From positions 1 through 22,455 of the forward strand of contig NW_021836796.1 of NCBI RefSeq assembly GCF_006345805.1: DNA of 22,455 bases, given 5' to 3'. The translations under genes and the position numbers were made by a program. Shown here piece by piece: positions 10,813-19,272 of the stretch. Within the stretch, counting starts at the first letter, position 1, and each line of letters opens with the position of its first letter. A model generated the notes under the pieces. It was not told the origin of the DNA and ran no database searches. It saw only the letters and a list, made by a program, of their open reading frames with translations. The stretch comes from Octopus sinensis. Taxonomy: Eukaryota.

Positions 10813-11064
10813 ATGCATGTTTCGATGTGTATACGTATATATGTATGTTTGTATATGTGCGTAGATGTGTGTAAATATGTATATGTATGCGTGTATCTAT
10901 CACTATACATATGAGTATCTATGTATATGTAGTTCATTGTATTTGTGTATTCATAAATGTGTTTATGTGTATATACATACACGTGTATAAAATGCACACA
11001 CACACACACACATATATATAGGCATTTAAATATACACACACACATATACCTGCATATATACATG

Positions 11065-11099
<35 letters not shown>

Positions 11100-11153
11100 A
11101 TGCATGTTTCGATGTGTATACGTATATATGTATGTTTGTATATGTACATGATT
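10001..11153. repeat. Four-unit tandem satellite (~281-294-bp period) built from degenerate TA/TG/CA microsatellite
   Basis: The anchor tatctatcactatacatatg occurs at 10036, 10330, 10611 and 10894. The anchor ttcgatgtgtatacgtatatatgtatgtttg occurs at 10231, 10538, 10821 and 11108. Confidence 0.93.
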
Positions 11154-11325
11154 AAATATTTATGTATATATATATGTATGTGCGTGTATATGTATATGTA
11201 CACATATGTGTGTGTGTGTGTATATATATGTGTGTGATGATGATGATGTCTTGTAGTCCAGTGATCGATGGCCAGGTCTCTCGTCCTGAATATAGAAAGC
11301 AATAATCTGACTTGCGTCTGGTGCT

Positions 11326-11511
11326 TCTGTGTATATGAGTGTGTGTGTGCGTGTGTGTGTGTGTAAGTGTATGTGAGTGTGTAAGTGTGTGTGGATAAGT
11401 ATGTGTGTGTATGAGAGTGTATGTGTAAGTGTGTGTGTGTGTAAGTGTTTGTATGTGTGTGTGTGAGTGTGTGTGTGTGTAAGTGTGTGTGTGTGTATGT
11501 GTGTGTGTGTG
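11326..11511. repeat. Imperfect (TG)n microsatellite
   Basis: Visible directly in the sequence. Confidence 0.9.
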
Positions 11512-11821
11512 AGTCTTTCAATACTTGGTCCTGGAGATCAATAGAAGTCTCATTAAATGTCAACGAGACACGAACATCTTTCACACACACACACACACTC
11601 ACACACACACTCTCTCTCTCTTTTACAATCTCACCCTCTCTCCGTCCGTCTCTCCCTCCTTCTCTCTCACTCTCTCATTCTGCCTCTCTTTCTCCACCCA
11701 ATCAACAGCTGCTCAACGTTATTATTAATGGCTTTAAACGATCAGTTTCATTCCTCTCATTAACTTTTTTTAATTGCCCAATAATTTTCACCACTTTACT
11801 GATCTATAGCAAACAATAAAC

Positions 11822-11825
<4 letters not shown>

Positions 11826-11866
<41 letters not shown>

Positions 11867-11928
11867 TATGTGTGTGTGTGTGTGTGTGTGTATGTGTGTG
11901 TGTGTGTGTGTGTATGTGTGTGTGTGTG
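11826..11928. repeat. (TG)n microsatellite
   Basis: Visible directly in the sequence. Confidence 0.95.
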
Positions 11929-11979
11929 TTTGAGCTTTTTTGTATAGGTTGCGTGAATGTACGCGTATGCGTGGTTGGA

Positions 11980-12142
11980 TGAGGTGTGGCCGCGTGGTAA
12001 GATGCTTGCTTCTCAACCAGAAATGGTCTTCGGTTCAGTCCCACTGCGCGACGCATTGGCCAAGTGTCTTCTACTACAGCCCCCTGGTCGGCTAAAGCCT
12101 TGCGAGTGAATTTCGTCCACGGAACCTGAAAGAAGCCTGTCA
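11980..12142 (+). mobile_element. SINE family A 5' half
   Basis: ggtgtggccgcgtggtaagatgcttgcttc…ggttcagtcccactgcg…caagtgtcttctactacagcc…ctgaaagaagcctgtc, ending at a (CA)n tract. Confidence 0.85.
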
Positions 12143-12195
12143 CTACACACACACACATACACACACACACAAAATTCTTAAACAAGAAGGTTGAC

Positions 12196-12275
12196 AGTGA
12201 CTTCGAAGTTTCGACCAATTAAGCTATCATCGAACTCCCAACGATAGCTTAACAGGCCGAATCTTGTTTAAGACT
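12196..12275. repeat. Inverted pair of decayed hammerhead-like motifs (old Penelope-like remnant)
   Basis: Minus strand: agt-TCGATGA-tagcttaattggtc-GAAA-cttcgaag-TC-act. Plus strand: CCAACGA-tagcttaacaggcc-GAAT-cttgtttaag-AC. Confidence 0.5.
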
Positions 12276-12284
12276 AATAAATTT

Positions 12285-12570
12285 CAGCGTGGAAAGTGTT
12301 TATAAGCCATTTAAGAAACACACAAAACCGTTAGATTCACTTCAACATTTAAGTTTAATTTGTCAAAATATTTTCGTCGCTTTGAGACCACGACCTGTTC
12401 ACTGACAAAACATCGTGCTGTATCTGACAAATTAAACTTAAATGCTGAATTGAATCGAACGGTTTTGTTTGTTTCTTAAATGGCTTATAAACACCTTCCA
12501 CGCTGCAATTATTTTCATTCCAGCACACGATCTCAGATCAAGTCACTTGCTATGCAAGTACATCTCCGTA
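12285..12570. mobile_element. 286-bp retro-insertion with 12-bp TSD and 81-bp inverted duplication, probably Penelope-like (pLTR-derived)
   Basis: actaataaattt flanks both sides (12273-12284 and 12571-12582). 12285-12365 and 12425-12505 are inverted (76/81 identical). A hammerhead-like motif lies between the arms. The Penelope assignment is inferred from the inverted structure plus the minimal hammerhead. Confidence 0.8.
12359..12409 (-). ncRNA. Candidate minimal type I hammerhead ribozyme with a G3-C8 swapped core
   Basis: UUUGUCA-[GUGAACA]-G-GUCGU ggucucaaa GCGAC-[GAAA]-AUAU-[UU]-UGACAAA: 7-bp stem I, 5-bp stem II and palindromic stem III (AAUAUU). Activity is untested. Confidence 0.62.
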
Positions 12571-12909
12571 ACTAATAAATTTGTTCTTCACAAAAATATA
12601 GAGTATATCATCAATTTAACGTAAAATTGTTTTTCTCGTAACTGTACATAAAAAAAAAAACATTAGGGTAACGTGTGTGTGTATATGTGTGTGTAGTTTA
12701 CTGTTCCGTTAAGCTAGGATCATGTACCAACGTCTTGGTTTTTATACAGAACTAATCACGTGCTCTGAGTCTGAAGATTGCTTTGAGACACAAAGTACGT
12801 CATATAAATCTGGCTAATCTCAGTGTCTCCATGACACGAAACTATTAGTAGCTCTTATTTTAGACACTGTGTACATTAAATGATATAAATATATACATAC
12901 ATATATCGA

Positions 12910-13090
12910 TTTTTTTCCCTCCGTCTTCCTTTTCTCGTGGACTTTCTCCCGCTTCTGAAGAAGAGCTTTGCTCGAAACGTAAAACCACCTTTTTTTCCTT
13001 CCCTGAACGTCTGCTAATAGTTTGCATGTACCACGTCCTCGTGTTTTTGTTATTTTTTTCTTGTGTTTGTTCTTAGTTTTTTTTTATATA
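12910..13090 (+). mobile_element. Short Penelope-like remnant carrying a minimal hammerhead motif (family H copy 1)
   Basis: Collinear with the reverse complement of 18020-18203 and with 18990-19146. Flanked by short (TA)n tracts. Confidence 0.7.
12951..12985 (+). ncRNA. Minimal type I hammerhead motif
   Basis: gcuu-[CUGAAGA]-A-GAGC uuu GCUC-[GAAA]-CG-[UA]-aaac; loopless palindromic stem III (ACGU) and a weak stem I. Confidence 0.55.
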
Positions 13091-13584
13091 TATATAAATA
13101 GTAGTTAATAAATTGTATGGTATACACATGGTAATTTACTGGTAAAGTACGATCATTGATTCAGTGTTCGTTGGGTATTTGATTAGTGAGAGAGTGATGG
13201 AGGAAACGAGAATCTTTTTATTATCAGACCAATCGATATGGCTGTACATCCATATCTGCTGGCGGTTATATGTAATCATTTTTATCGCATTATTGTATTA
13301 TTGGTCTCTTTTTGTATCTGATTTTGTTATAGATCTTTTATATGAAGATCCGTTAATTTGTATCCGTTAATTTGTCATTTCTATCTGCGAAGACCAAGAA
13401 GAAAAAATGCAGTACTAAGTAGGGCAAAACAATTTCCTTTAACAAAATACCTATTCAAATCTCTTGAGGAGACACATCAATACCGGTAGATACACCTAAA
13501 CCAGTTGTGCAGTATCCTACCCGCGAGGGATCGATGCTCGATAGGTCGAAACGATTCAGGTGATCAATATCTTCCATCTTTTAT

Positions 13585-13768
13585 ATTATATATATATATA
13601 AATGTGTGTGTGTGAGAGAGAGAGACATAAAGAGAGAAAGAGAGAGTGTGTCCCTCACCATCACCTGGCAACCGGCACTAATGAGTTATATATATGTGTG
13701 TGTGTATACGTGTGTAAATATATATACGTATATATACATGTGTATATATATGTATATATGTATGTGTT

Positions 13769-13805
<37 letters not shown>

Positions 13806-13872
13806 GTGTGTACATATGTATATACATGTATATGTCTATATATATACGTATATGTGTATATATGTCTATACA
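13585..13872. repeat. (TA/TG/GA)n compound microsatellite
   Basis: Visible directly in the sequence. Confidence 0.85.
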
Positions 13873-13972
13873 TGGATAATAAAACGAATGTTTTACACCT
13901 GGTAGCTTACTGTTAAAGCACGGTCACCTTCAGAGTGATCGTTAGATAAATAACAAATATCCTTTCATTAAT

Positions 13973-14062
13973 CCTCGGCGGAATTTGAACTCAGAACGTA
14001 GCGGCAGACGAAATACCGCTAAGCATTTCGCCCGGCGTTCTAACGTTTCCGCCAACTGCCTT
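13973..14062 (-). mobile_element. SINE family D head fragment
   Basis: Minus strand aggcagttggcggaaacgttagaacgccgggcgaaatgcttagcggtatttcgtctgccgctacgttctgagttcaaattccgccgagg has an A-box-like segment, a long variable-arm hairpin and B box gagttcaaattcc. It matches 8620-8710. Confidence 0.75.
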
Positions 14063-14221
14063 ATAGTCCACTCAACGGGTTTTTGATCTACCCAACCTAA
14101 ATCATTATGCTCTCCAACGCCGCTAACTGTTCAGTAATACGGACATAAAAATCCTTAAATTTTGGCCAAATACCTTCTATGTGTATATCTTTCTATATGT
14201 ACATATATATATTTGCACGCG

Positions 14222-14294
14222 CCTTCTGTTGTGTTGTGGTTATTAAGTCTGTTTTACACGCAGAAGGTCGTTGGTTCGATCCTCACCAGAACCT
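14222..14294 (+). pseudogene. tRNA-Val(TAC) pseudogene
   Basis: It aligns without gaps to animal tRNA-Val-TAC as recalled (GGTTCCATAGTGTAGTGGTTATCACGTCTGCTTTACACGCAGAAGGTC…GGTTCGA…GAACCA). The anticodon TAC is at 14255-14257 in tctgt-TT TAC AC-gcaga. The acceptor stem pairs 5/7, and the D and T stems have mismatches. Confidence 0.8.
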
Positions 14295-14305
14295 GTAAAT
14301 ATTTT

Positions 14306-14734
14306 AGGAGAGGGTATGACTGTGTGGTAAGAAGCTTGCTTCCAAACCACATGGTTCTAGATTGAGTCCCACAGGGTGGTACCTTGGGCATGTGTCTTCT
14401 ACGATAGCCTCGGGCCGACAAAGCTTTCTGAGTGCATTTGGTAGACGGAAACTGAAAGAAGCCCGTCATATATATATATATATATATATATAATTTCTAA
14501 GTGTGTGTATCTTTGCGTCTGTGTTTGTCCCCCACCATTGCTTCACAACCGGTGTTAGTTCGTTTACGTCCCGGTAACTTAGCCGCTGAGCCAAAGTGAC
14601 CGATAGAATAATTATTACTACGTTTCAAAACAGATAAGTCCTGGAGTCGATTCGTTTGTCTGAAACCCAATATGGTGCTCCAGCATGGCCGCAGTCAACT
14701 GACTAAAACAAGTAAAACAATAAAAATAAAAAGA
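14306..14734 (+). mobile_element. SINE family A, full length, diverged
   Basis: Head, CORE-like ccttgggcatgtgtcttc, central (TA)n, right half and tail ggtgctccagcatggccgcagtcaactgactaaaacaagtaaaa. Confidence 0.9.
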
Positions 14735-15431
14735 TACGTGTATATATGTGTGTGTGTGTGTGTGTATGTGCAAATATATGCATAATCAAGTATATATATG
14801 ACTTTGCTTATACTACAGTGTATGTGTGTGTAATATATATATATACACACACATTTCATACATACACCTTTCTTCACATTCTGCCAATAATTTCAGAATT
14901 AATAAACCTAATCAGAACGACTGTACCGTTCCATGGGGAAATCTGCGGGTTTTTTTTCTTTTCTTTCTTCTTTTCCTTTTTTATTTATTTTTTTTTTTGC
15001 CTCCACCGCCTCTTGCCCTTCCTTCCCCGATAATTCCTCATTTCTCATTTCTTCTTTTCCTCCTCCTCCTCTGTTGCCACCTCCTCTTCCTTCTCCTCCT
15101 CTCTCACCCCACTCCTCCATTTCTGCTTCCATGTTACCAAAGAAGAGCAATCGAATTTCGAGGAATGCTTCCAAGTATTTAAGCACTGCGTATTTGTCTG
15201 AGGCGGTAGTGGTGGCGCTGTTGTTGTTGTTGTTGGTGGTGGTGGTGATGTAGTGTAGTTGATGATGTGTTGTTGCTATTGTTGTTAGTGGTGGTGGCAC
15301 CGGTTGGCCATTGATGTTTCTCTTGTTTAACCCCAGGTCAGTCTTCACTGGGCAAACCTTGAGCAAAGAAATTTCCATCTTCCACATTCAGCTATTTATT
15401 AAATTTACACACACACACACACACACACACA

Positions 15432-15815
15432 TCTATATATATAAAGCTGAAGTTGCCTGTATGGCAAGTTTGGTAGCCTTCATCTAACACTATCTCCTCC
15501 GAGACCCTGCGGTGCAAGTTGACCAGAATTGAGAGTATGATAGAAGAAGGCTTGCTCTTCATTCCATAGAAGATAAAATTTAAATCGGACCATGTTAACA
15601 CCAAAAATTATTTACATCGAAAAGTTGCCTTTTTTCTATGAAAATCCCTATTTTTTACGATTTTTTTACTTTTGTGTCGCCATTTGTCGGTGTATTTCAA
15701 CCAGAAAAATGTTCACTTAAAGAGAATAACAAGCTACATAATGCAAAATTTTTACTTTTCAAAACTTCCAATTCTAAAGGGTCGAAAAGAAAACAAGCCC
15801 GAGCAACGCTGCTAG
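15432..15815 (+). mobile_element. Non-autonomous Helitron (384 bp)
   Basis: 5' end A|TCTATATATATAAAG and 3' end gcccgagcaacgctg-CTAG|T. It is inserted between A and T with no TSD, matching canonical Helitron termini. The subterminal hairpin is only partly present. Confidence 0.82.
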
Positions 15816-15834
15816 TATATATATAAGTTTCAAT

Positions 15835-16010
15835 GTTGTGTTCTTGAGCAAAACACTTCATCTCATGTTGTTCTAGTCCACTCAGCTGGCAAAAGTGAGT
15901 AAACCTGTGACGGACTAGCATCCCATCCAGGCGGGGAATATATACGTCATGGATACCCGGAAACCGACTGTTATGTGTCTATATGACTCGGGAAGGAACT
16001 TTATTTTACT
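15835..16010 (+). mobile_element. Headless SINE sharing the family B core but with a different 3' module
   Basis: gttgtgttcttgagcaaaacacttcatctcatgttgttctagtccactcagctggcaaaa matches the reverse complement of 662-721. It then diverges into aacctgtgacggactagcatcccatccagg…ctcgggaaggaactttatttt. Confidence 0.7.
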
Positions 16011-16071
16011 ATACATATATATATATATATAATATATATATATATATATTAAATAAACATTATTTTCCGTC

Positions 16072-16201
16072 TTACTCTTTTATTTGTTTCAGTCATTTGA
16101 CTGCGGCCATGCTGGAGCACCGCCTTTAGTCAAGCAAATCGACTCCAGGACTTATTCTTTGTAAGCCTACATCATATTCTGTCGGTGTCTTTTGCCGAAC
16201 C
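16072..16201 (-). mobile_element. SINE family A 3' fragment
   Basis: Near-identical to 18581-18712. Confidence 0.9.
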
Positions 16202-16204
16202 ATG

Positions 16205-16274
<70 letters not shown>

Positions 16275-16301
16275 TGTATGTATGTGTATGTGTGTGTGTG
16301 T

Positions 16302-16612
16302 GGAGGCGCAATAGCCCAGTGGTTAGGGCAGCGGACTCGCGGTCGTAGGATCGCGGTTTCGATTCCCAGACCGAGCGTTGTGTGTATTTATTGGGCGAAA
16401 ACACCTAAAGCTCCACGAGGCTCCGGCAGGGGATGGTTGGTGATACCTGCTGTACTCTTTCGCCACAACTTTCTCTCACTCTTTCTTCTGTTGGCCTGCT
16501 CGCTTACCCAGCGGGGTGGCGTCATTTGAAGGCTAAAACAATGCGAAGCGCATTGTGACCAGCGATGTGTAGCAACATATGATAGCCTGGTCAGTCACGG
16601 TGACCACGGTGA
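16302..16612 (+). mobile_element. tRNA-derived SINE, family E, apparently full length and CpG-rich
   Basis: A box tagcccagtgg and B-box-like ggtttcgattccc are present. The 3' acceptor side is replaced by gcgttgtg… as in family B. The tail has cacggtga twice (16596-16603, 16605-16612). It sits between microsatellite tracts. Confidence 0.8.
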
Positions 16613-17228
16613 TATATAATATGGCGTGATCTTGCAATCACGTTACCGCCGCAGACACATTAACATCTGATGAGATTTCGATCTTTTTATGTCCAGGATT
16701 TTCACTGTATCTTGTATTCAGGCAAAATTAACAACATCGGGGCAGTAACACACATACAAAAAAAAAGCTGATCAAAAACTCAAAATTAAAAAATGAAAAA
16801 ATACATCAATAATACAGCACATAATATTATATATTGGACAATGATTAGTTCACATATGGCAGTTCAGACAATTATAATATAGACAATAGGTAGATTTATT
16901 GATATTTTTTTGAAATTTTATATTTGAATTACTAATCAGGCGGTACAGTTTTTTTTTATGTCTACATTAACGTTGTGTTGTTGTTGGTGTTGTTAATTTG
17001 ACTTGTATACATAGGATGTACATCGAAGAGACAAGCATATCGACCCTTGATCAGCTGTTAATAATATGAATTGATCTTCCTGTTGTAAGGTCATAAGCGT
17101 GAATATATTGAGACGGACATTGAACGTCATCTCGTTTCCTCTCAATCCCTATATAACGTCGTCCTTTACGGAACTGCCGCATTCTGTTGGCGTATAAACT
17201 TTACTGTTCTGTACCGTTACTGTATACC

Positions 17229-17612
17229 TCTCTCTTTACTCTTTTACTTGTTTCAGTCATGTGACTGCGGCCATGCTAGAGCACCACCTTTTAGTCGAGC
17301 AAATCGACCCCAGGACTTATTCTATCGGTGTCTTTGGCCGAACCGCTAAGTTACGGGGACGTAAGCACACCAGCATCGGTTGTCAAGCGATGTTGGGGGA
17401 CAAACACAAACACACAAACACATACACGCACATACATACATGTATATGGACGGGCTTCTTTCAGTTTCCGTCTACCAAATCCACTCACAAGGCTTTGGTC
17501 GGCCTGAGGCTTTATAGTAGAAGACACTTGCCCAAGGTGCCACGCAGTGGGACTGAACCCGGTACCATGTGGTTGCTAAGCAAGCTACTTACCACACAGC
17601 CACTCCTACGCC
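17229..17612 (-). mobile_element. SINE family A, full length, with a 22-bp internal deletion
   Basis: High identity to 18578-18978. Confidence 0.95.
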
Positions 17613-18019
17613 TCGTGCAGAGATTTAAAATAAATTGTTTTTCTCTTTATGAGATCAGCAAATGTGTGTCGCTAAAAGAATATATAGTATTTGTGAGTGG
17701 AAAGAGCTTTCCTTCACTAGCTTGTGGTTGTCTCACACTGAGGACGGGTAACCACCCAGAAGCCTAGGTCTGTGATTATCCCGTAAGGTTAGAAATGGGA
17801 GCGATGATCTCCCATGCAAATGCTATACGGACACAAACTGTATGTCGATAGCAAGCTGGAAAAGATGTTTCCTGTCCTGGGGCTAAAACAATAATAATAT
17901 TGTCCTTTATAGTACTGCCACATTCTGTTGGAATTAACCGTTATCATATATATATATATATATATATAATATATATATATATAGATATATATATATATAT
18001 ATATATAATATATATATAT

Positions 18020-18203
18020 CTAAAGTTAATCAAACATGAAAACACAAAGAGAAAACACAACAATGCGAGGACGTGGAACAAATATAGTATTATTGGACGC
18101 TCAGGAAGGAAGGGAAGAAGGAGGGTTTAACGTTTCGAGCGGAGCTCTTCGTCAGAAAGATAGGAAAAGGAAAGATCCAGAGAAGGTAAGACGAAGGAAA
18201 CGG
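18020..18203 (-). mobile_element. Short Penelope-like remnant carrying a minimal hammerhead motif (family H copy 2)
   Basis: Its reverse complement aligns with 12910-13090, and its 3' end runs into (TA)n at 17946-18019. Confidence 0.72.
18126..18158 (-). ncRNA. Minimal type I hammerhead motif
   Basis: uuu-[CUGACGA]-A-GAGC ucc GCUC-[GAAA]-CG-[UU]-aaa. Confidence 0.58.
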
Positions 18204-18399
18204 TACACATGCGGTTACATTTTGAATGACCGGAAGAGAATGGGTGACGAAAAGTTCTTTCAAAGACAGGAGAGTGCAAGAGGAGGTATGTGTGTGTAAG
18301 TGTGGATATGTGCGTGCGCGCAGGTCTGCGTGTGCGTGTGTGTGTATGTGTGCAATGATAACACGTGTGTGCGTGTGTGTGTGGTTATGTTTTTATTTG

Positions 18400-18570
18400 T
18401 GTCTGTGTTTGTCCCTCACTACCGCTTGACAACCGGCATTGGTGTGTTTCTGTCCCCATAACATAGCAGTCCGTTAGAATAATTACCAGGCTTAAAAACA
18501 AGAAGCAGTGCGATTGATTCATTCGACCAAAAATTATTCAAAGTGGTACCACATCATGAACCGTTAATCC
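18400..18570 (+). mobile_element. Decayed SINE family A 3' half
   Basis: tgtgtttgtccctcactaccgcttgacaaccggcattggtgtgttt…tagaataattaccaggctta. Confidence 0.75.
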
Positions 18571-18577
18571 CGACATG

Positions 18578-18978
18578 CTCTTTACTCTTTTACTTGTTTC
18601 AGTCATTTGACTGCGGCCATGCTGGAGCACCACCTTTAGTCGAGCAAATTGACCCCGGGACTTATTCTTTGTAAACCCAGTACTTATTCTATCGGTCTCT
18701 TTTTGCCGAACCGCTAAGTGATGGGGACGTAAACACACCAGCATCGGTTGTCAAGCGATGGTGGGGGGGACAAACATAGACACACAAACACATACACACA
18801 CACATATACATATATACGACAGGCTTCTTTCAGTTTCCGTCTACCAAATCCACTCACAAGGCATTGGTCGGCCTGAGGCTATAGTAGAAGACACTTGCCC
18901 AAGATGCCACGCAGTGGACTGAACCCGGAACCATGTGGTTGGTTAGCAAGATACTTACCACACAGCCACTCCTGCGCC
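18578..18978 (-). mobile_element. SINE family A, full length, best-preserved copy
   Basis: tRNA-like head (A-box-like tggctgtgtgg, B-box-like ggttcagtcc), CORE-like cttgggcaagtgtctt, central microsatellite, right half and a tail ending in gtaaaagagtaaagag repeats. Confidence 0.95.
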
Positions 18979-18989
18979 TATATTATTTT

Positions 18990-19146
18990 TCTCTCTCTGT
19001 TTTTTCCCCCTCTTAATCCTTTCTGTCGAAGAGCGTAGAGTTGAAACGTAAAAGACTTTTCCATTCTTCCTGTGCGTCAAACTAATACACCTGCTTGCTG
19101 CTCTGTCACTTGTCTTCGTCTTTTGTCTTCTGTATATTGGAACTAC
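18990..19146 (+). mobile_element. Short Penelope-like remnant with a decayed hammerhead motif (family H copy 3)
   Basis: cttt-CTGTCGA-A-gagcgtagagtt-GAAA-CG-TA-aaag, then ttcctgtgcgtcaaactaatac, similar to ttcctgagcgtccaataatac in copy 2. Confidence 0.6.
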
Positions 19147-19169
19147 CGTAAATTTTCGAGTATAGCCCG

Positions 19170-19272
19170 CCGATAGAATGAGCACTAGGCTTACAAAGAA
19201 TTTGTTCGACTAAAGGCGCTGCTCCAGCATGGTCGCAGTCAAATGAGTAAAACAAGTAAAAGAATAAAGAAA
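19170..19272 (+). mobile_element. SINE family A 3' fragment with an internal deletion
   Basis: ccgatagaatgagcactaggcttacaaagaa|tttgttcgactaaaggcgctgctccagcatggtcgcagtcaaatga…aacaagtaaaaga. Confidence 0.88.

Noticed and set aside
10001-11153. CRISPR-like repeat/spacer periodicity
   Set aside because: Whole units repeat with no unique spacers, the context is eukaryotic, and there are no cas genes.
13348-13375. 14-bp perfect tandem duplication (similar 12-bp x3 near 7430-7465 and 10-bp x2 near 21462-21482)
   Set aside because: Ordinary slippage events with no further structure.
13516-13562. ggtcgaaacgattcagg resembling a hammerhead 3' half
   Set aside because: There is no recognisable CUGAnGA upstream (cccgcga) and stems II and III do not pair well; at most a decayed remnant.
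14908-15387. 159-aa minus-strand ORF
   Set aside because: Made mostly of low-complexity (CCT/GTT/GGT)n and T-rich tracts.
16305-16377. tRNA-like sequence as a functional tRNA gene
   Set aside because: The acceptor and T stems do not pair, and it continues into a SINE body; the same holds for the heads of families A, B and D.
16668-16690. ctgatga followed by the hairpin gat-ttcg-atc
   Set aside because: It is followed by ttttt rather than GAAA, so the hammerhead core is incomplete.
17261-17767. 168-aa ORF and apparent paralogues (RRASFSFRLPNPLTRLW, TGFFQFPSTK) at 4123, 5176, 14254, 20798 and 20922
   Set aside because: Antisense readings of SINE family A copies, not a gene family.
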